A stretch of DNA of 64,000 nt from Camelus dromedarius. Lineage: Eukaryota. The stretch spans positions 65,040,001-65,104,000 of the forward strand of contig NC_087437.1 of NCBI RefSeq assembly GCF_036321535.1, written 5' to 3'. The first letter of the stretch is position 1. The number at the start of each line of letters is the position of its first letter. The position numbers and the translations under genes were made by a program. Shown here piece by piece: positions 1-12,551 of this stretch. The notes under the pieces were generated by a model. The model saw only the letters and a program-made list of their open reading frames with translations. It was not told where the DNA came from and did no database searches.

Positions 1-370
1 AAAACTGGGGAAAAAAGAAAAAGAAATAATATTGGCTTAGACTCAGGTGGTCCAGGTGAAGGTAATGCTAAATGGTCAAATTTATAATTTGCTTTGAAGA
101 TAGAGCTTACAGGACTATCAACAGTATTGGATTTAGTGCATGAGAGAAAGAGAAAAGTGAAGAATGACCTCCAAGGTTTCTGGTCTAAACAACTGAATAA
201 ATGGTGGTATCATTCACTGAGATGAGAAACACCAGAGGAACAAGACTGTAAGAAAAATCACAAGTTCAATTTTCAACATGGTACATTTGAAATAGCTAAT
301 AAACATTCAAGTATATATGGTACAGGCAACTGGATATATGAGTCTGAAGCTCAAGGTAGAGGCTAGAGCT
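1..370 (-). mobile_element. L2 LINE fragment (ancient)
   Basis: Resembles reverse-complement L2 text (gaatgacctccaaggtttctggtctaaacaactg...cattcactgagatgag). Confidence 0.65.
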
Positions 371-377
371 AAAAAAG

Positions 378-1556
378 TGGTGCTGGGAAAACTGGAAGCT
401 TCCTGTAAAAGAGTGAAATTAGAACATTCTCTAACACTATACGCAAAAATAAACTCAAAATGGATTACAGACTAAGTGTGAGACCAGATGCTATAAAACT
501 CCTAGAGGAAAACATAGGCAGAACACTCTTTGACATGAATCACAGCAATATTTTTTTTGAACCAGCTCCTAGAATAATGGAAATAAAAGCAAAAATAAAC
601 AAATGGGACCTAATTAAACTTAAAAGCTTTTGCACAGCTAAGGATACCATCAACAAAATGAAAAGACAACCTACAGAATGGGAGAAAATATTTGCAAATG
701 ATGTGACCAACAAGGGACTAATTTCCAAAATATACAAACAGCTCATACAGCTTAATATTTTTTTAAAAAAGCAATCCAATTTAAAAAAATGAGCAGAAGA
801 CCTAAATAGATATCTCTCCAAAGAAGATATCCAGATGACCAACAGGCACATGAAAAGATACTCAGCATCACTAATTGTTAGAGAAATGCAAACCAAAACT
901 ACAATGAGATATCACCTCACACCAGTCAGAATGGCCAACATTAAAAAGTTCACAAATGATAAATGCTGGAGAGGGTGTGGATACAAAGGAACCCTCCTAC
1001 ATTGTTGGTGAGAATGTAAGTTGGTGCAGCCACTATGGAGGACAGTATGGAATTTCCTTAAAAAACTAAAAATAAACTTACCATATGATCCAGCAATCCC
1101 ACTCCTCGGCATATATCCAGAGGAAAATATAATTCGAAAAGACACATGCACCCCAAAGTTCACAGCAGCACTGTATACAATAGCCAACACATGGAAACAA
1201 CCTAAAAGTCCATTGAGAGATGACTGGATAAAGAAGATGTGGTATTTATACACAATGGAATACTACTCAGCCATAAAAAATAATGAAATAATGCCATTTG
1301 CAGCACAATGGATGGACCTGGAGATTGTCATTCTAAGTGAAGCAAACCAGAAAGAAAAAGAAAAACACCATATGATAAATATGGCTTATATGTAGAATAG
1401 ATATGGCTTATATGTAGAATCGAAAAAAAGGACAAAAATGAACTTATGTACAAAACAGAAACAGACTCACAAACATAGAGAACAAACTTATGGAACTTAT
1501 GGTTACCAGTGGGTAAAGGGGGTGGGAAGGGATAAATCAGGAGTTCAAAATTTGCA
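378..1556 (+). mobile_element. L1 3' ORF2 plus partial 3' UTR, degenerate
   Basis: ORFs 460..792 and 1021..1395 are L1 ORF2 C-terminal peptides ([39 protein letters not shown]). Internal 20-nt tandem duplication at 1379-1420. Confidence 0.93.
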
Positions 1557-1707
1557 CCTCTTGGGGAATGATGGAAATGTTAGCTATCTTGATTGTGGTG
1601 GTAGTTTCATATGTGTATACACCTATCAAAATTCATCAAATTGTATATCTGAAATATGTGTAGCTTACTGTACAAGAATTATACCACAACAGAGGTGTTT
1701 TTAAAAA
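1557..1707 (+). mobile_element. Old L1 (L1MC/ME-type) 3' end
   Basis: ggggaatgatggaaatgttagctatcttgattgtggtggtagtttc...aaattgtata is typical of old mammalian L1 3' termini. Confidence 0.7.
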
Positions 1708-2472
1708 GTATTCTTTTACACAGATTTAAAATTCTCTGAAACTTACAAGGATGCAACTATCATGTAAACTGAAAGACTTTACCTTTTTTTTTAGAACTTT
1801 ACAAGGATTTTCTTTTTTTAATCATTTTTGAAAACATCAGTGATATCAATGCTGCTCATTGTATTTGGATCAGCAGTATAGTACCTCAACACTTCTCTGC
1901 GTATGCAATTCTATGAATATATATGTACATACTTTTCCAGCCCTTATTTGAACAAGTTAAATAAAAAGAAAAATTATCGACATACGAGTCGAATGCTGTC
2001 TTGCTTCTCTTAGTTTCAAATTTATTCATTAAAAGTAAGTGCAATTTTCTGGCACTTTGTTAGGTCTTCTGGTCATACCTGAACATTTTCAAAGTAGAAT
2101 ATATGCTATTTTTATTTTGTCTTATTATATTAATTATTATCAAAGATGTATGTGCCTAGATGATACTTAGCTATGAAATTCATTTCAACATAATAATAAC
2201 ATAACATAGTATGTTATTAAAGAGAATTCTGAGTCTGAAAAGGTTGAGAAATGAGATGACTGCAGTAACAGTAAAAAAAAGAAAAAGGAATTTATTTCCT
2301 CTTATTAGGAAACTTACAGTTTGGATAAAATGTATCAGGAAAAGAAATTCACTAATTTTTAAAAAGAAATCCTAAGTGGTTATTACTGGTATAACAAGAT
2401 CACTGCTAATTTTTCCATATCATTTTTTAAAATATGCCTATGTTTAGAAAGGGAAGATGTTCTTTCTTTGGA

Positions 2473-2906
2473 TTTTTTTTAATGTAGTAGTGAGTTTACA
2501 ATGTTGTGTCAATTTCTAGTGTACAGCATAATGTTTCAGTCATACATATACATACATATATTCTTTTTCATAATCTTTTTCACTATAGGTTACTACAAGA
2601 TATTGAATGTAGTTCCCTGTGCTATACAGAAGAAACTTGTTTATCTATTTTATACATAGTAGTTAGTATCTGCAAATCTTAAACTCCCAATTTATCCCTT
2701 CCCGCTCTCTTTTCTCCCTGGTAACCATAAATTTGTTTTCTATGTCTGTGAGTCTGTTTCTGTTTTGTAAGTAAGTTCATTTGTGTGTGTGTGTGTGTGT
2801 GTGTTGTTGTTTTGTTTTTTTTTTAGATTCCACATATGAGTGATAATTACATGGTATTTTTCTCTTTCTGGCTTACTTCACTTAGAATGACATTCTCCAG
2901 GTCTAT
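2473..2906 (-). mobile_element. 5'-truncated L1 3' end with internal (GT)n at about 2782-2803
   Basis: Reverse complement of the same ORF2-end/3' UTR seen at 6500-6900 and 24754-25047; T tail at the left end. Confidence 0.88.
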
Positions 2907-3795
2907 AAGCACCATTTAGGTGTACCCCCAAACTGCTGAGATATTTCTGATACTGCTTACTTATAAATATTTTATAATTTCATTATAATTTCCTTTTAAC
3001 ATGTAAGTCACTAAGTCTATGTGCTCTGACAGTTTCTAAGCATGTATTTTAAATTATTTTTGTTATTTATTTTTATTTTCATTGTATTATAGTCATATGA
3101 TATGATTGATAAAATATGAATTCTTTTAAATGTGTTATTTCCTTTGTTCTAATGGAAAGTAATTTCTATAAATGCTTTATATTTATATTCTTAAAAGAAT
3201 GCCTAGTTTTCCTTTTTAGACTGTAAGATTCTGTGTATTTACTATTAGAATGGGCATGTTAATTATGTTGTTTGAAGATTTTATACCCTTACTAAATTCT
3301 GTCTGCTTGATTAGAGATACATTAAATCTACTATTATGATAGATTTGTCAGTTTCTCCTATTTCTGTCAAATTTTGTTTTAAGTATACACACATATGTAA
3401 CTACATACTTTAATATATGTACATAGATTATGAAGGTGTATTATTATGGGCATACAGATTCATAACTGTTTATCCCTCTGGTAAATTGAACTTTCGTCAT
3501 TTGTCCATTCAAGAAATCAGATGCTAAAATTTCACCTCTCAGGTTAGGGATAATAGCACTAAAGACAAATAACTAGAAGCTCAAAAGACCTCTCCTGGTC
3601 CCTAATTAACTCATAGTTTTATATTAACTCTCTACCACCCATTTGTGGCTCCTCCCTTGTTTAGTTCTGTTATTAGGCTACAGCTAGTCAGTCTTTCCTA
3701 GCTGCTCACTTTATTATTATTAATTAACATAGTGAAATTAGTTTTAACCAAACAGAAAGTCCCATTCTCCCCCAGAGTATCAGCCTGCATGCCTT

Positions 3796-4980
3796 CATTA
3801 AAAAGAATTTATGGAGCATCTACTATATATCAGGTACTGTGCTAGGTGTTAGTACTAGTATTCAATGATAAGCAACATAAACAAGATCACTGTCCTTCCA
3901 GAACTTATACTTTAGAAGAAAGCAAATCACACAAATATAAATGTATAATTGTGACAACTGATATAAAGAAGACATTGCTCTGAAGGTCTATAACAAGAGG
4001 GATTTGACCCTGTCAAAAAGGTCAAGAAAGTCTTTGTTGATAAAGTAAACCTTAAACTGTAATCTTAAGGAGAAAAAGTTAACACATGAAAAGAAGAAAG
4101 TGCTTCTGGCTGAATGGACAGCACATGTAAAGGCCCTGGGGTAGGTTAAAGTATTTGAGAATGGTGACAAAAAGAAGGCAAATGTTGCTATAACAAAAGG
4201 AGCAAGACCTTAATGTTAAAATGTTTTGTTTCTATCCTAAAAGAAATTATAAGCTACTGAAAAGCATAAAGTAGGAGAGACAAAATATATTTGAATTATG
4301 CAAAATACATTTGACATGGCTGCAATGTACTTAGTGATCAAAAATGGGTTTGAACTGATAAGAGGTGAACTGGTTAAGAAGTCACTGCATAGTTTAAAGC
4401 AAAAAAATAATAGGTTTAACTACAGTGACAGTAGTTGAGATGCACAGAAGTAGATGAATTTGAGATTAAGGAGGTAAAATAAATAAGACTTGGTGAAAAA
4501 TTGACTAAACTATATAAAGGGAGAGGAAGTCAACCCTTGGATACAATCAGGCTTCTGGTTTGCATAATTAGATGAATTCTGCCTTTCACTAGAAGGAAAC
4601 ACAGTTAGTCAAAGATTATAAAATGGTTTTGGACAAAGTGAATTTGAAATGTCTTTTAACATGAGATAACGTTGGATTTATGTGCCTAGAGGTCAGAGGT
4701 CTGGTCATAGATGCAAATTTACAAGTTATTTACACATAAGTATTAACCAAAATAGAAGTATGAAGATTATCTGGGGAAAGAAAATAGAATAAAAAGAAAC
4801 AAGGAACTAGAATTACACCTTGAGGAACCCCAGCTCCAATGACCGAGTTGAAAATTATAAACCAGCAAAGAAGAGACAGAAAAGTATCTAGAAAGATAGG
4901 AGAAACACCAATAAGGCGTTATGCCACAGAGTAAAAAAAATGAATAATTCAATAAGAAGGTAATGGTTAATCTTGTCAAA
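3796..4980 (-). mobile_element. L2 LINE fragment
   Basis: Starts with the reverse-complement L2 3' end (tttatggagcatctactatatatcaggtactgtgctagg), followed by purine-rich L2 body. Confidence 0.65.
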
Positions 4981-5080
4981 TGAATAAAAAAGAAGTCTTT
5001 CTTTTTATCCAGTTTTTAGACCATAATGGCTCCACTGTGAATTCTTACTTTTCCAGTTACTCACGCTTATGTATACTTAC

Positions 5081-5338
5081 TTAAAGTATTCATCAGAAGG
5101 CCACTGTTGTCATATTTATTATGACTGGCATCTATCTCAGGAATCCTGCGCTGTGGCATGGCAGACATGGTAGGATGTCCTGAGATATAATTCCCTGGAT
5201 CAGAAGGAGAGGATCTGCACTCTTCATCTTCCGAATCACTGGAACTATCCTCACTGCTTGATGATGATGAACTTTTGGAATCTGATGAACTATCGCAACT
5301 ACTCATCTGGTCCATTAGACTAGCCTCTGCCATCAGTT
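5081..5338 (-). CDS. EAF2: EAF2 coding exon 5, Ser/Asp/Glu-rich transactivation region (ELMAEASLMDQMSSCDSSSDSKSSSSSSSEDSSSDSEDE...SGLLMNTL)
   Basis: Acceptor cttttcttttattttcag|AA, donor A|GTAAGT; 258 nt. Overlaps ORF 5067..5333. The final exon (expected RNDLQLSES... by recall) was not found in 1-5080 and is presumably outside the window. Confidence 0.96.
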
Positions 5339-5392
5339 CTGAAAATAAAAGAAAAGATAATAGAAAGGTTAAATAAATGATACTAACTGTAA

Positions 5393-5540
5393 GGGGACAG
5401 GGTATAGCTCAGTGGTAGAGTGCATGCCTAGCATGCACAAGGTCCTGGGTTCAATCCCCAGTACCTCCACCAAGTAAATAAATAAATAAACAATTACCTC
5501 CCTCTCCAAAAAAAAATAAAATAAAATAAAAAAAAAAAGA
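5393..5540 (+). mobile_element. tRNA-derived SINE (camelid Vic-type)
   Basis: Pol III A box TAGCTCAGTGG (5404-5414) and B box GGTTCAATCCC (5448-5458); tRNA-Ala-like head, then (TAAA)n, C-rich segment and A tail. Two more copies at 29770 and 47778. Confidence 0.88.
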
Positions 5541-6221
5541 TGAATAATATGAGCTGTAATTATTAAATAAATATAATAAAATTTGAATGTATGAGTTTCT
5601 AAAAAACTATTTATGAGGCATAAATAAGACTAAACACACATTTACAGCATTCAAAGCATTTTATTTAAAAAGTTCCCCTACAAGTACAAAAGGAAAAGCA
5701 AAAATTGCTCTTTCCTAGCCCCTCCTCAAGTTTCTTTAATCCTACTCCCCAGGAATAATCACTGCTAACTTTTTTGTGACCATATGCTTTAAAATTCTGC
5801 TTGGAAAATGGTATTTTAGATTTTGACACCCAACTTATCTATTGTTAGAGATTGAGCGTGCTTTGTTACCACCCAACCAAGAGTTGAAAAAAAATGGGGG
5901 TGGGGGGCAACTTTTCTAGCAAAAATTGCAGCCCTGGACCCAAGTCTTCCTTTCTTTCTCAGCAGTTCTCTGGTAGTACTTCTTTCTCCCTGTCCCATCT
6001 CTGGACAACATACATGCACAGGCCTAGGACCTCCCCCACCACCAAAATAAAATAAAAACCTCATCTACCATTAAGTGAAGCCATATTCAATTTTGGGATT
6101 ATGAAAGGTAAAAGATATAGGCAATATCTAAATGTTAACACTAGATTTATACCATTATACTTAAATACACAAGTAATTCAAATAAAATATACAAAAAAGG
6201 AAAATTTTAAAAATGTAAAAA

Positions 6222-6901
6222 CAGTATGGAGATTCCTCAAAAGACTAGGAATAGACTTACCATATGACCCAGTAATCCCGCTCCTGGGCATATATCCAGA
6301 AGGAACCCTACTTCACAATGACACCTGCACTCCAATGTTCATAGCAGCACTATTTACAATAGCCAAGACATGGAAACAGCCTAAATGTTCATCAACAGAT
6401 GACTGGATAAAGAAGATGTGGTATATTTATACAATGGAATACTACTCAGCCATAAAAAAGAATAAAATAATGCCATTTGCAACAACATGGATAGACCTGG
6501 AGAATGTCATTCTAAGTGAAGTAAGCCAGAAAGAGAAAGAAAAATACCTTATGAGATCACTCATATGTGGAATCTAAAAAAAAAAAAAAGAACATAAATA
6601 TAAAATAGAAACAGACTCATAGACATAGAATACAAACTTGTGGTTACCAAGGGGGAAGGGGGGTGAAAAGGGACAGACTGAGATTTCAAAAGTTGTAGAT
6701 ATTGACAGGTATACACAGAATAGATAAACAAGATTATACTGTATAGCACAGGGAAATATATACAAGATCTTGTGGTAGCTCACAGTGAAAAAAAAAGTGA
6801 CAATGAATATATGTATGTTCATGTATAACTGAAAAATTGTGCTTTACATTGGAATTTGACACAACATTGTAAAATGACTATAACTCAATAAAAAAAAGTT
6901 A
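6222..6901 (+). mobile_element. Young 5'-truncated L1 (ORF2 end plus 3' UTR)
   Basis: Very similar to 22564-23235; ORF2 C-terminus open in ORF 6101..6577. Probable TSD aaaaatgtaaaaa at 6209-6221 and 6902-6914. Confidence 0.93.
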
Positions 6902-6999
6902 AAAAATGTAAAAATTAAAATCTATTCTGATAGAAATCATCCTCTAATACTTTTCTTATTTCCCCAATACATGTAATTCAATGCAACACATACAGATGA

Positions 7000-9022
7000 A
7001 TTTTTTCAACTTTATTGAGGTATAATTAGCAAAAAAACCCTTGTATATCTCTACAGTGTACATGATGCTTTGATATACATATACACTGTGAAATGATTAC
7101 CATAATCAAGTTACTTAATACATTGGTCACCTCACATGGTTACCATTTTGTTTGTGTGTGTGTGTGTGTATGTGATGGGAACACTTAAGATCTCTCTCAG
7201 GAAATTTCTAGTATACAATACAGTATTATTAACTATAGACACCTTACTGTACATTAGATCCCCAGAACTTATTGACATTAAAACTAAAAGTTTATACCCT
7301 TTGACCAATAAGCTCCTCTTTTTCCCTTACACCTGGCTCCTGGCATACTTTCTACACTCTGTTTCTATGAGTTTGACTTTTTTTCTTTTTTTGGATTCCA
7401 CATACAAGTGATGTCATACAGTATTTGTCTTTATCTGTGTAGCTTATTTCACTTATTTCTCTTTCTGATAGCCTATTGTTAGTAATAGAAATGCAACTGA
7501 CTTTGTACGTTGATTTTGTATCTTGCACTTTATTAGTTCTAACAGGTTTTTTTAGTGAAGTTTTTAAGGTTTTCTATACAAAATTGTGTCACCTGCAAAC
7601 GGAGACAAAATTTATTTCTTCTTTCTCATGTGAATGTCACTGAATTCTTTTTCTTGCCCAGTTGCACTGGCTAGAATTTCCAGTACTATGTTCAATAGAA
7701 ATGATGAGAGTGAGCACTCTTGCCTTGTTCTTGATCTTAGAGAAAAACCTTTCAGCTTTTCACTGTTGAGTATGATGTTACCATACATGGTCTTTACAAT
7801 GTTGAAATACATTTTTTCTATATATAATTTGTTGAGATTTTTATCATGAAAGTATGTTGAATTTTGTCAAATGCTTTTTTTCTGTGTCTATTGAGATGAT
7901 CATATAATTTTTATCCTTTATTCTGTTAACATGGTGTGTTACATTTATTGATTTGTGTATGTTGAACCATCCTTGCATCTCAGACTAAATCCCACTTTAT
8001 CATGATGTATAATCTTTTTAATGTGCTGTTGAATTCTGTTTGCTAGTACTTTGTTGATGATTTTTGCATCTATGTTCATCAGAGATACTGGCCTGTAATT
8101 TTCTTTTCTTATAGTGTCCTTGTCTGGTTGGTACCAGGGGAAAGCTGGCATCATAAAATCAATTTCAAAGTGTTCCTTCCTCTTCACTTTGTTGGAATAG
8201 TTTGAGAAAGATTAATTATTCTTTAAACAGTTGGTAGAACTCACCAGTGAAGCCATCTGATCCTGGGCTTTTTCTTTGCTAGGAGTTTTCTGATTACTGA
8301 TTCAATATCCTTACTAATAATTGGTCTGTCAGATTTTCTATTTCTTGATGATTTAGTCTTAGCAGGTTGTGTGTTTCTAGGAATTCATCCATTTCTTCCA
8401 GGTTATCCAATTTGTTGGCATATAATTATTCATAGTAGTCTTATGAATATGTGTTTTTCTGTAGTATCAATTTAATGTCTCAGTTCTGATTTTACTTATT
8501 TGAGTTGTCTCTCTTTTGTTCTTCATTAGACTACTTAGAGGTTTGTCAATTTTGTCTTTTTAAAAATTCAACTCAGTTTTATTCATTTTTTGTATTGTTT
8601 TTCTAGTCTCTTTTTATTTTATTTCTGCTCTGATTCTTATTGTCTCCTTCCTTCTGCTAACTTGGGCCTAGTTTGTTCTTTTTCCAGTTTCTTGAGGTAT
8701 AAAAGTGGTTTCTTTGAGATCTTTTTTCTCATGCAGGCATTTATTGCTATAAACTCCCTTCTTAGAACTTCTTTTGCTGCATACCATAATTTTTGGTGTA
8801 TTGTGCTTCCATTTTAATTTATTTGAAGATATTTCAAAATTTCCTTTTTGATTTCTTCTTTGACCCACTGGCATTCGGGAGTGTGTTGCTTAATTTCCAC
8901 ATTTTTTCCCGGTTCTCCTCTTATTAATCCTAGTTTCATACTGTTGTGGTTGGAAAAGATACTTAATATGATTTCACTCTCTTTAAATTTCTTAAGATTA
9001 GTTTTGTGACCTGACATAAGGT
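7000..9022 (-). mobile_element. Older L1 (L1MA-type) with an internal deletion near 7455
   Basis: 3' UTR at 7000-7455, then a jump to ORF2; minus-strand ORFs give RT peptides ([30 protein letters not shown]). Confidence 0.88.
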
Positions 9023-9029
9023 TCCACTT

Positions 9030-9930
9030 GTCATAGTGGGATTCCACTTATGAGTGCCTTCTGGCCATGTGGTATCTCTGATTGAGGAGAGGAGTACCAG
9101 GCCAGGCAGAGAAAGAGAGAACTTCCAAGACTGGAGCCACTCGTGGCATGATCTCCCTTGCCAGTACTCCTCGCTGTATGGTGTCTCTGGGTGGGGGAGG
9201 GGAGTCCCAGGCCTAGGAGAGAAGAACAACACTTCCCATGCCAGGGCTGCTTTTGTGGCATGATCCCCTTTGCTGATAAAGTAGCCCACACAGTGTCTCT
9301 GGTAGGGAAGAAGAGTCTCAGGCCCACAGGGACAAAGAAAATTCCCAAGCGGGTTGCTTGCTGTGGTATGACTCCTCTGCCACTAAACATCTCTCTCCAA
9401 TAAACATACACACAAGATGTCTCTGGATGGAGAAGGGGAGTGTTTCTTGGGGTGTACCCTTTTTATGGTGGGATCTCCCTTGCCATTTTTGTGGTGGGAC
9501 CCTACACTATCTTTTGCCAATATCCTCTGGGTAGGGAAATGGAACCTCAGGCCTGGAGAGAAAGGAGAGTATTTTCCCTGGTGACAAGTTGTCAGCAGAT
9601 CTATCCCTGCTGTTTGTCTTGTCTGAACTAGCCTAGTGTTGGATACTTCTTTCAATCTGGGGGAAGAATGAATTTGGGATGCCTTATATAGCTAAGTTGG
9701 GGGTCAAGACATGTTAGGCCTGAATTGTCATCTTCTGGGAGGGGAAGGTTATAAGATGCCCTGACTATACTGTTCCTCTAGTCCTTCCTGGGGTCCCTAA
9801 CCAGATTACCTTGCTCTTTCCACCTTTCAGAGTTCTCCTTTGGTTGTCTTTTGTGTTATTTCCAGGGTTTATAGTTTTACTTAGTGGGGAGAAGCAGAAA
9901 GAGATAAGTCTATGCCATCTTGTCCCACAA
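9030..9930 (-). mobile_element. Probable old L1 5' end/UTR fragment
   Basis: GC-richer block ending in ctatgccatcttgtcc (reverse complement GGACAAGATGGCATAG, typical of old L1 5' termini). Confidence 0.5.
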
Positions 9931-9934
9931 TACA

Positions 9935-12510
9935 TTTTAAAACACTGGATTTATACAGAGTATGTCCTCTACCAAAACAAAATAAAATTTAAAATTTATA
10001 AGTGGAACGTACATAATCCCCAAATATTTGATAAGTAAATACACTTCTAAAAAACTCATGGGTCAAAAAAGAAATCAAAAATAATTTAGAAAATACTTCT
10101 AATCGAATGAAAATGAAAACACAACTTATCAAAATCTGTGGAATACAACTAAAGTATAGCCTAGAGAGAAATTTAAAACATTAAATGATTATATTGGGGG
10201 GGGGTCTCAATTACATGAAATAAACTGTACCTTAAGAGGTTAGAGACAGAAGAGCAAATTAAAACTAAAGTAAGCAAAAGGAAAAAAATAGTAAAAGCAA
10301 GAAACAAAGACAACAGAGAAAAGTAGTGAAAATAAATGAAACCAAAAACTGATTGCTTGAGAACATAAGTAATATTGATAAAACTCTACAAAGTGTGTCA
10401 AGAAAAAAGATACTAGACATGAATTACTAATATCAGGAGTCAAAAGGGTGACTGCACAGATCCTACAGAATTAAATGAATAAGAAGGAATACTGTGAACT
10501 ACTTTATGCCCCAAAACTCAACAAATTAGATGAAATGGATCAACTGCATGAAAGGCACAAACTATTAAAGTTCACTCAAGAAGAAACAGATACCTGAAAA
10601 TTCATAAGTTTTCTTTAGACAGTTGAGTTATAGTTAAAACCCTCCCTATTCCCCCCACACATATCTCCAACTACAGATGACTTCACAAGTGAATTCTACA
10701 CTCATTTAAGGAAGAAATAATACCAGTTTGATACAAACTCTTCCATATAATTAAAAAGGAAGGAATACTTTTCAACTCATTCCTTAGGGCTAGAATTACT
10801 GATACAAAATCCAACAAAGACATTACAAAATAAATTACAAATCAACATGTCTTATGAACACAGATACAAAAAATTTAAAGAAAATTTTAGCAAATCAAAT
10901 TTAGTAATACACAACAGTGGTTCTCAATCAGGGATGATTCTGTCACCTAGAGAGACATCTGGTAATGTCTGGAGATATTTTTGGTTGTCACAATTGGGCG
11001 CAAATGGTGATACTAGAATCAAATAGGTAGAACCTAGCAATGCTGCTAGACATTCTACAATGAGTGAGACAGCCCCTGACAAAGAATTATTCAACTCCAA
11101 ATGCCAATATTGCTGAGGTTGAGAAATGCTAATATAGTAAAAGGATAATACAACATGACTAAGTGGGGTTTTCTAAGGCATATAGACTTTCAAAAATCAA
11201 TGAATATAATTCATCATATTAAAAACTGGAAATTAAAAGCCATCTCAAAACAGTAGAAATTTTAACATTCTTGATAAAAAAACTCTTAGCAAAATAGAAA
11301 CAGAAGGGAAGTTAATCTGATGAAGGACACCTAGGAAAAGCCTACAGCTGAAATCATACATAATTGTAAGAGGCTAAATATTTTCCCTCCAGCATCAGAA
11401 ATACGAGGCTTCTCAATTTGACCACCTCGAGTCAACATCATGTTGAAGGTTCTAACTCATACAGTAAGTCATGAATAAGAAATAAAAGCCATCCAGATTG
11501 GAAAGAAAGAGGTAAAATTGTCATTATTCACAGATAACATGACTGTGTATGTAGAAAATTTCATGGTATCTACAAAAAAGCTACTAGAATAGTGAGTTTA
11601 TTAGCAAGGTTAAATATATAGGAACAATATACAAAAATTAATTGTATTTCTATGTACTAGCAATGAGCAATTAGAAATCAAAATTATATAAATAAGAGCA
11701 TTTATAATAGCTTCTCAAAATTAAATAATTATAGATAACTCTAACAAAATATTTGAAGAACATGTATGCTGAAAACCATAAAGCACTGCTGAAAGAAATT
11801 AAAGATCTAAATAAAGGGAGAGAAATATTCTGTTCATGGGTCAGAAGACTCAATACTGTTAAAATATCAATTTTCCTGAAATTGATCTATGGGTTCAATG
11901 CAGTCACAACAAAAATTTCAATAAGATTTTTAAGAAATTGAGAAGCTAATTCTAAACTTTATATGAAAATGGAAAAGTCCTAGAATACCCAAAACAACAC
12001 TGTAAGAGAATAATAATGTAGTAGGACGAAAACTTCCTGATTTCAAGACTTATTATAAAACTACAGTTATCAAGATAATGTGGTGTGCCTGGCATAAAAT
12101 AACAAATGTATCAATGTAATAGAATAAAGAGTCCAGAAATAGACCCACACATATATGGACAACTGATTTTTTTAAAAAAGGTGCGAACGTAATCCATTTG
12201 AGAATAATTAGCCTTTTCAACAAACGGTGTTGGAATAATTCAATCTCCACATGCAAAAAAATAAACTTTGATACAAAAATTAACTTAAAATGTAACTTAG
12301 ACCTAATTGTAAAACTATAAGACTTGTAAAAGAAAACATAGGAGAAAACCTTTGTTACTGTGACCTTGGTTTAGTCTTCAAAATTTTTTTTCAACATGAC
12401 ACCAAAAAGACAATCTAGAAAAAAAAACTGACAAAATGGGTGTATTCAAAAGTAAAAACTTTGGCTCTTCAAATGTCACTGTTAAGAGAATGAAAAAATA
12501 AAATTCACAG
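9935..12510 (+). mobile_element. Old L1 ORF2 fragment (L1M-type), interrupted by MER20
   Basis: Degenerate ORF2 text; ORF 11753..11941 gives ENHKALLKEIKDLNKGREIFCSWVRRLNTVK. Confidence 0.85.
10915..11131 (+). mobile_element. MER20 (hAT-Charlie MITE)
   Basis: cagtggttctcaatc...atgtctggagatatttttggttgtcacaa...gctgaggttgagaaatgct matches the recalled MER20 consensus; terminal inverted repeats visible. Confidence 0.85.
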
Positions 12511-12551
12511 TCTAGGAGAATACATACATGCCTTCTGTTTTCAAAAATGGT

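Noticed and set aside
540..1253. Hydrophobic minus-strand ORFs (also 20194-20598, 21985-22417, 22784-23137, 30521-31087) as membrane proteins
   Set aside because: They are the antisense frames of A-rich L1 ORF2/3' UTR, a well-known artefact.
4711..4718. Octamer ATGCAAAT motifs (also near 22408, 33200, 59105, 61516) as B-cell enhancers
   Set aside because: Several lie inside L1/L2, they do not cluster, and a handful is unsurprising in 64 kb of AT-rich DNA.
1..5080. Final EAF2 coding exon
   Set aside because: No sequence encoding the expected NDLQLSES-type C-terminus was seen on the minus strand; it is presumably left of the window.
5393..5470. tRNA-Ala-like sequence as a genuine tRNA gene
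   Set aside because: It is followed by a SINE body and A tail, and two further copies in the window have TSDs, so it is a tRNA-derived SINE.
8963..9655. Cluster of ORFs on both strands
   Set aside because: Lies in a GC-richer repeat block (probable L1 5' end), with no recognisable domain or splice structure.
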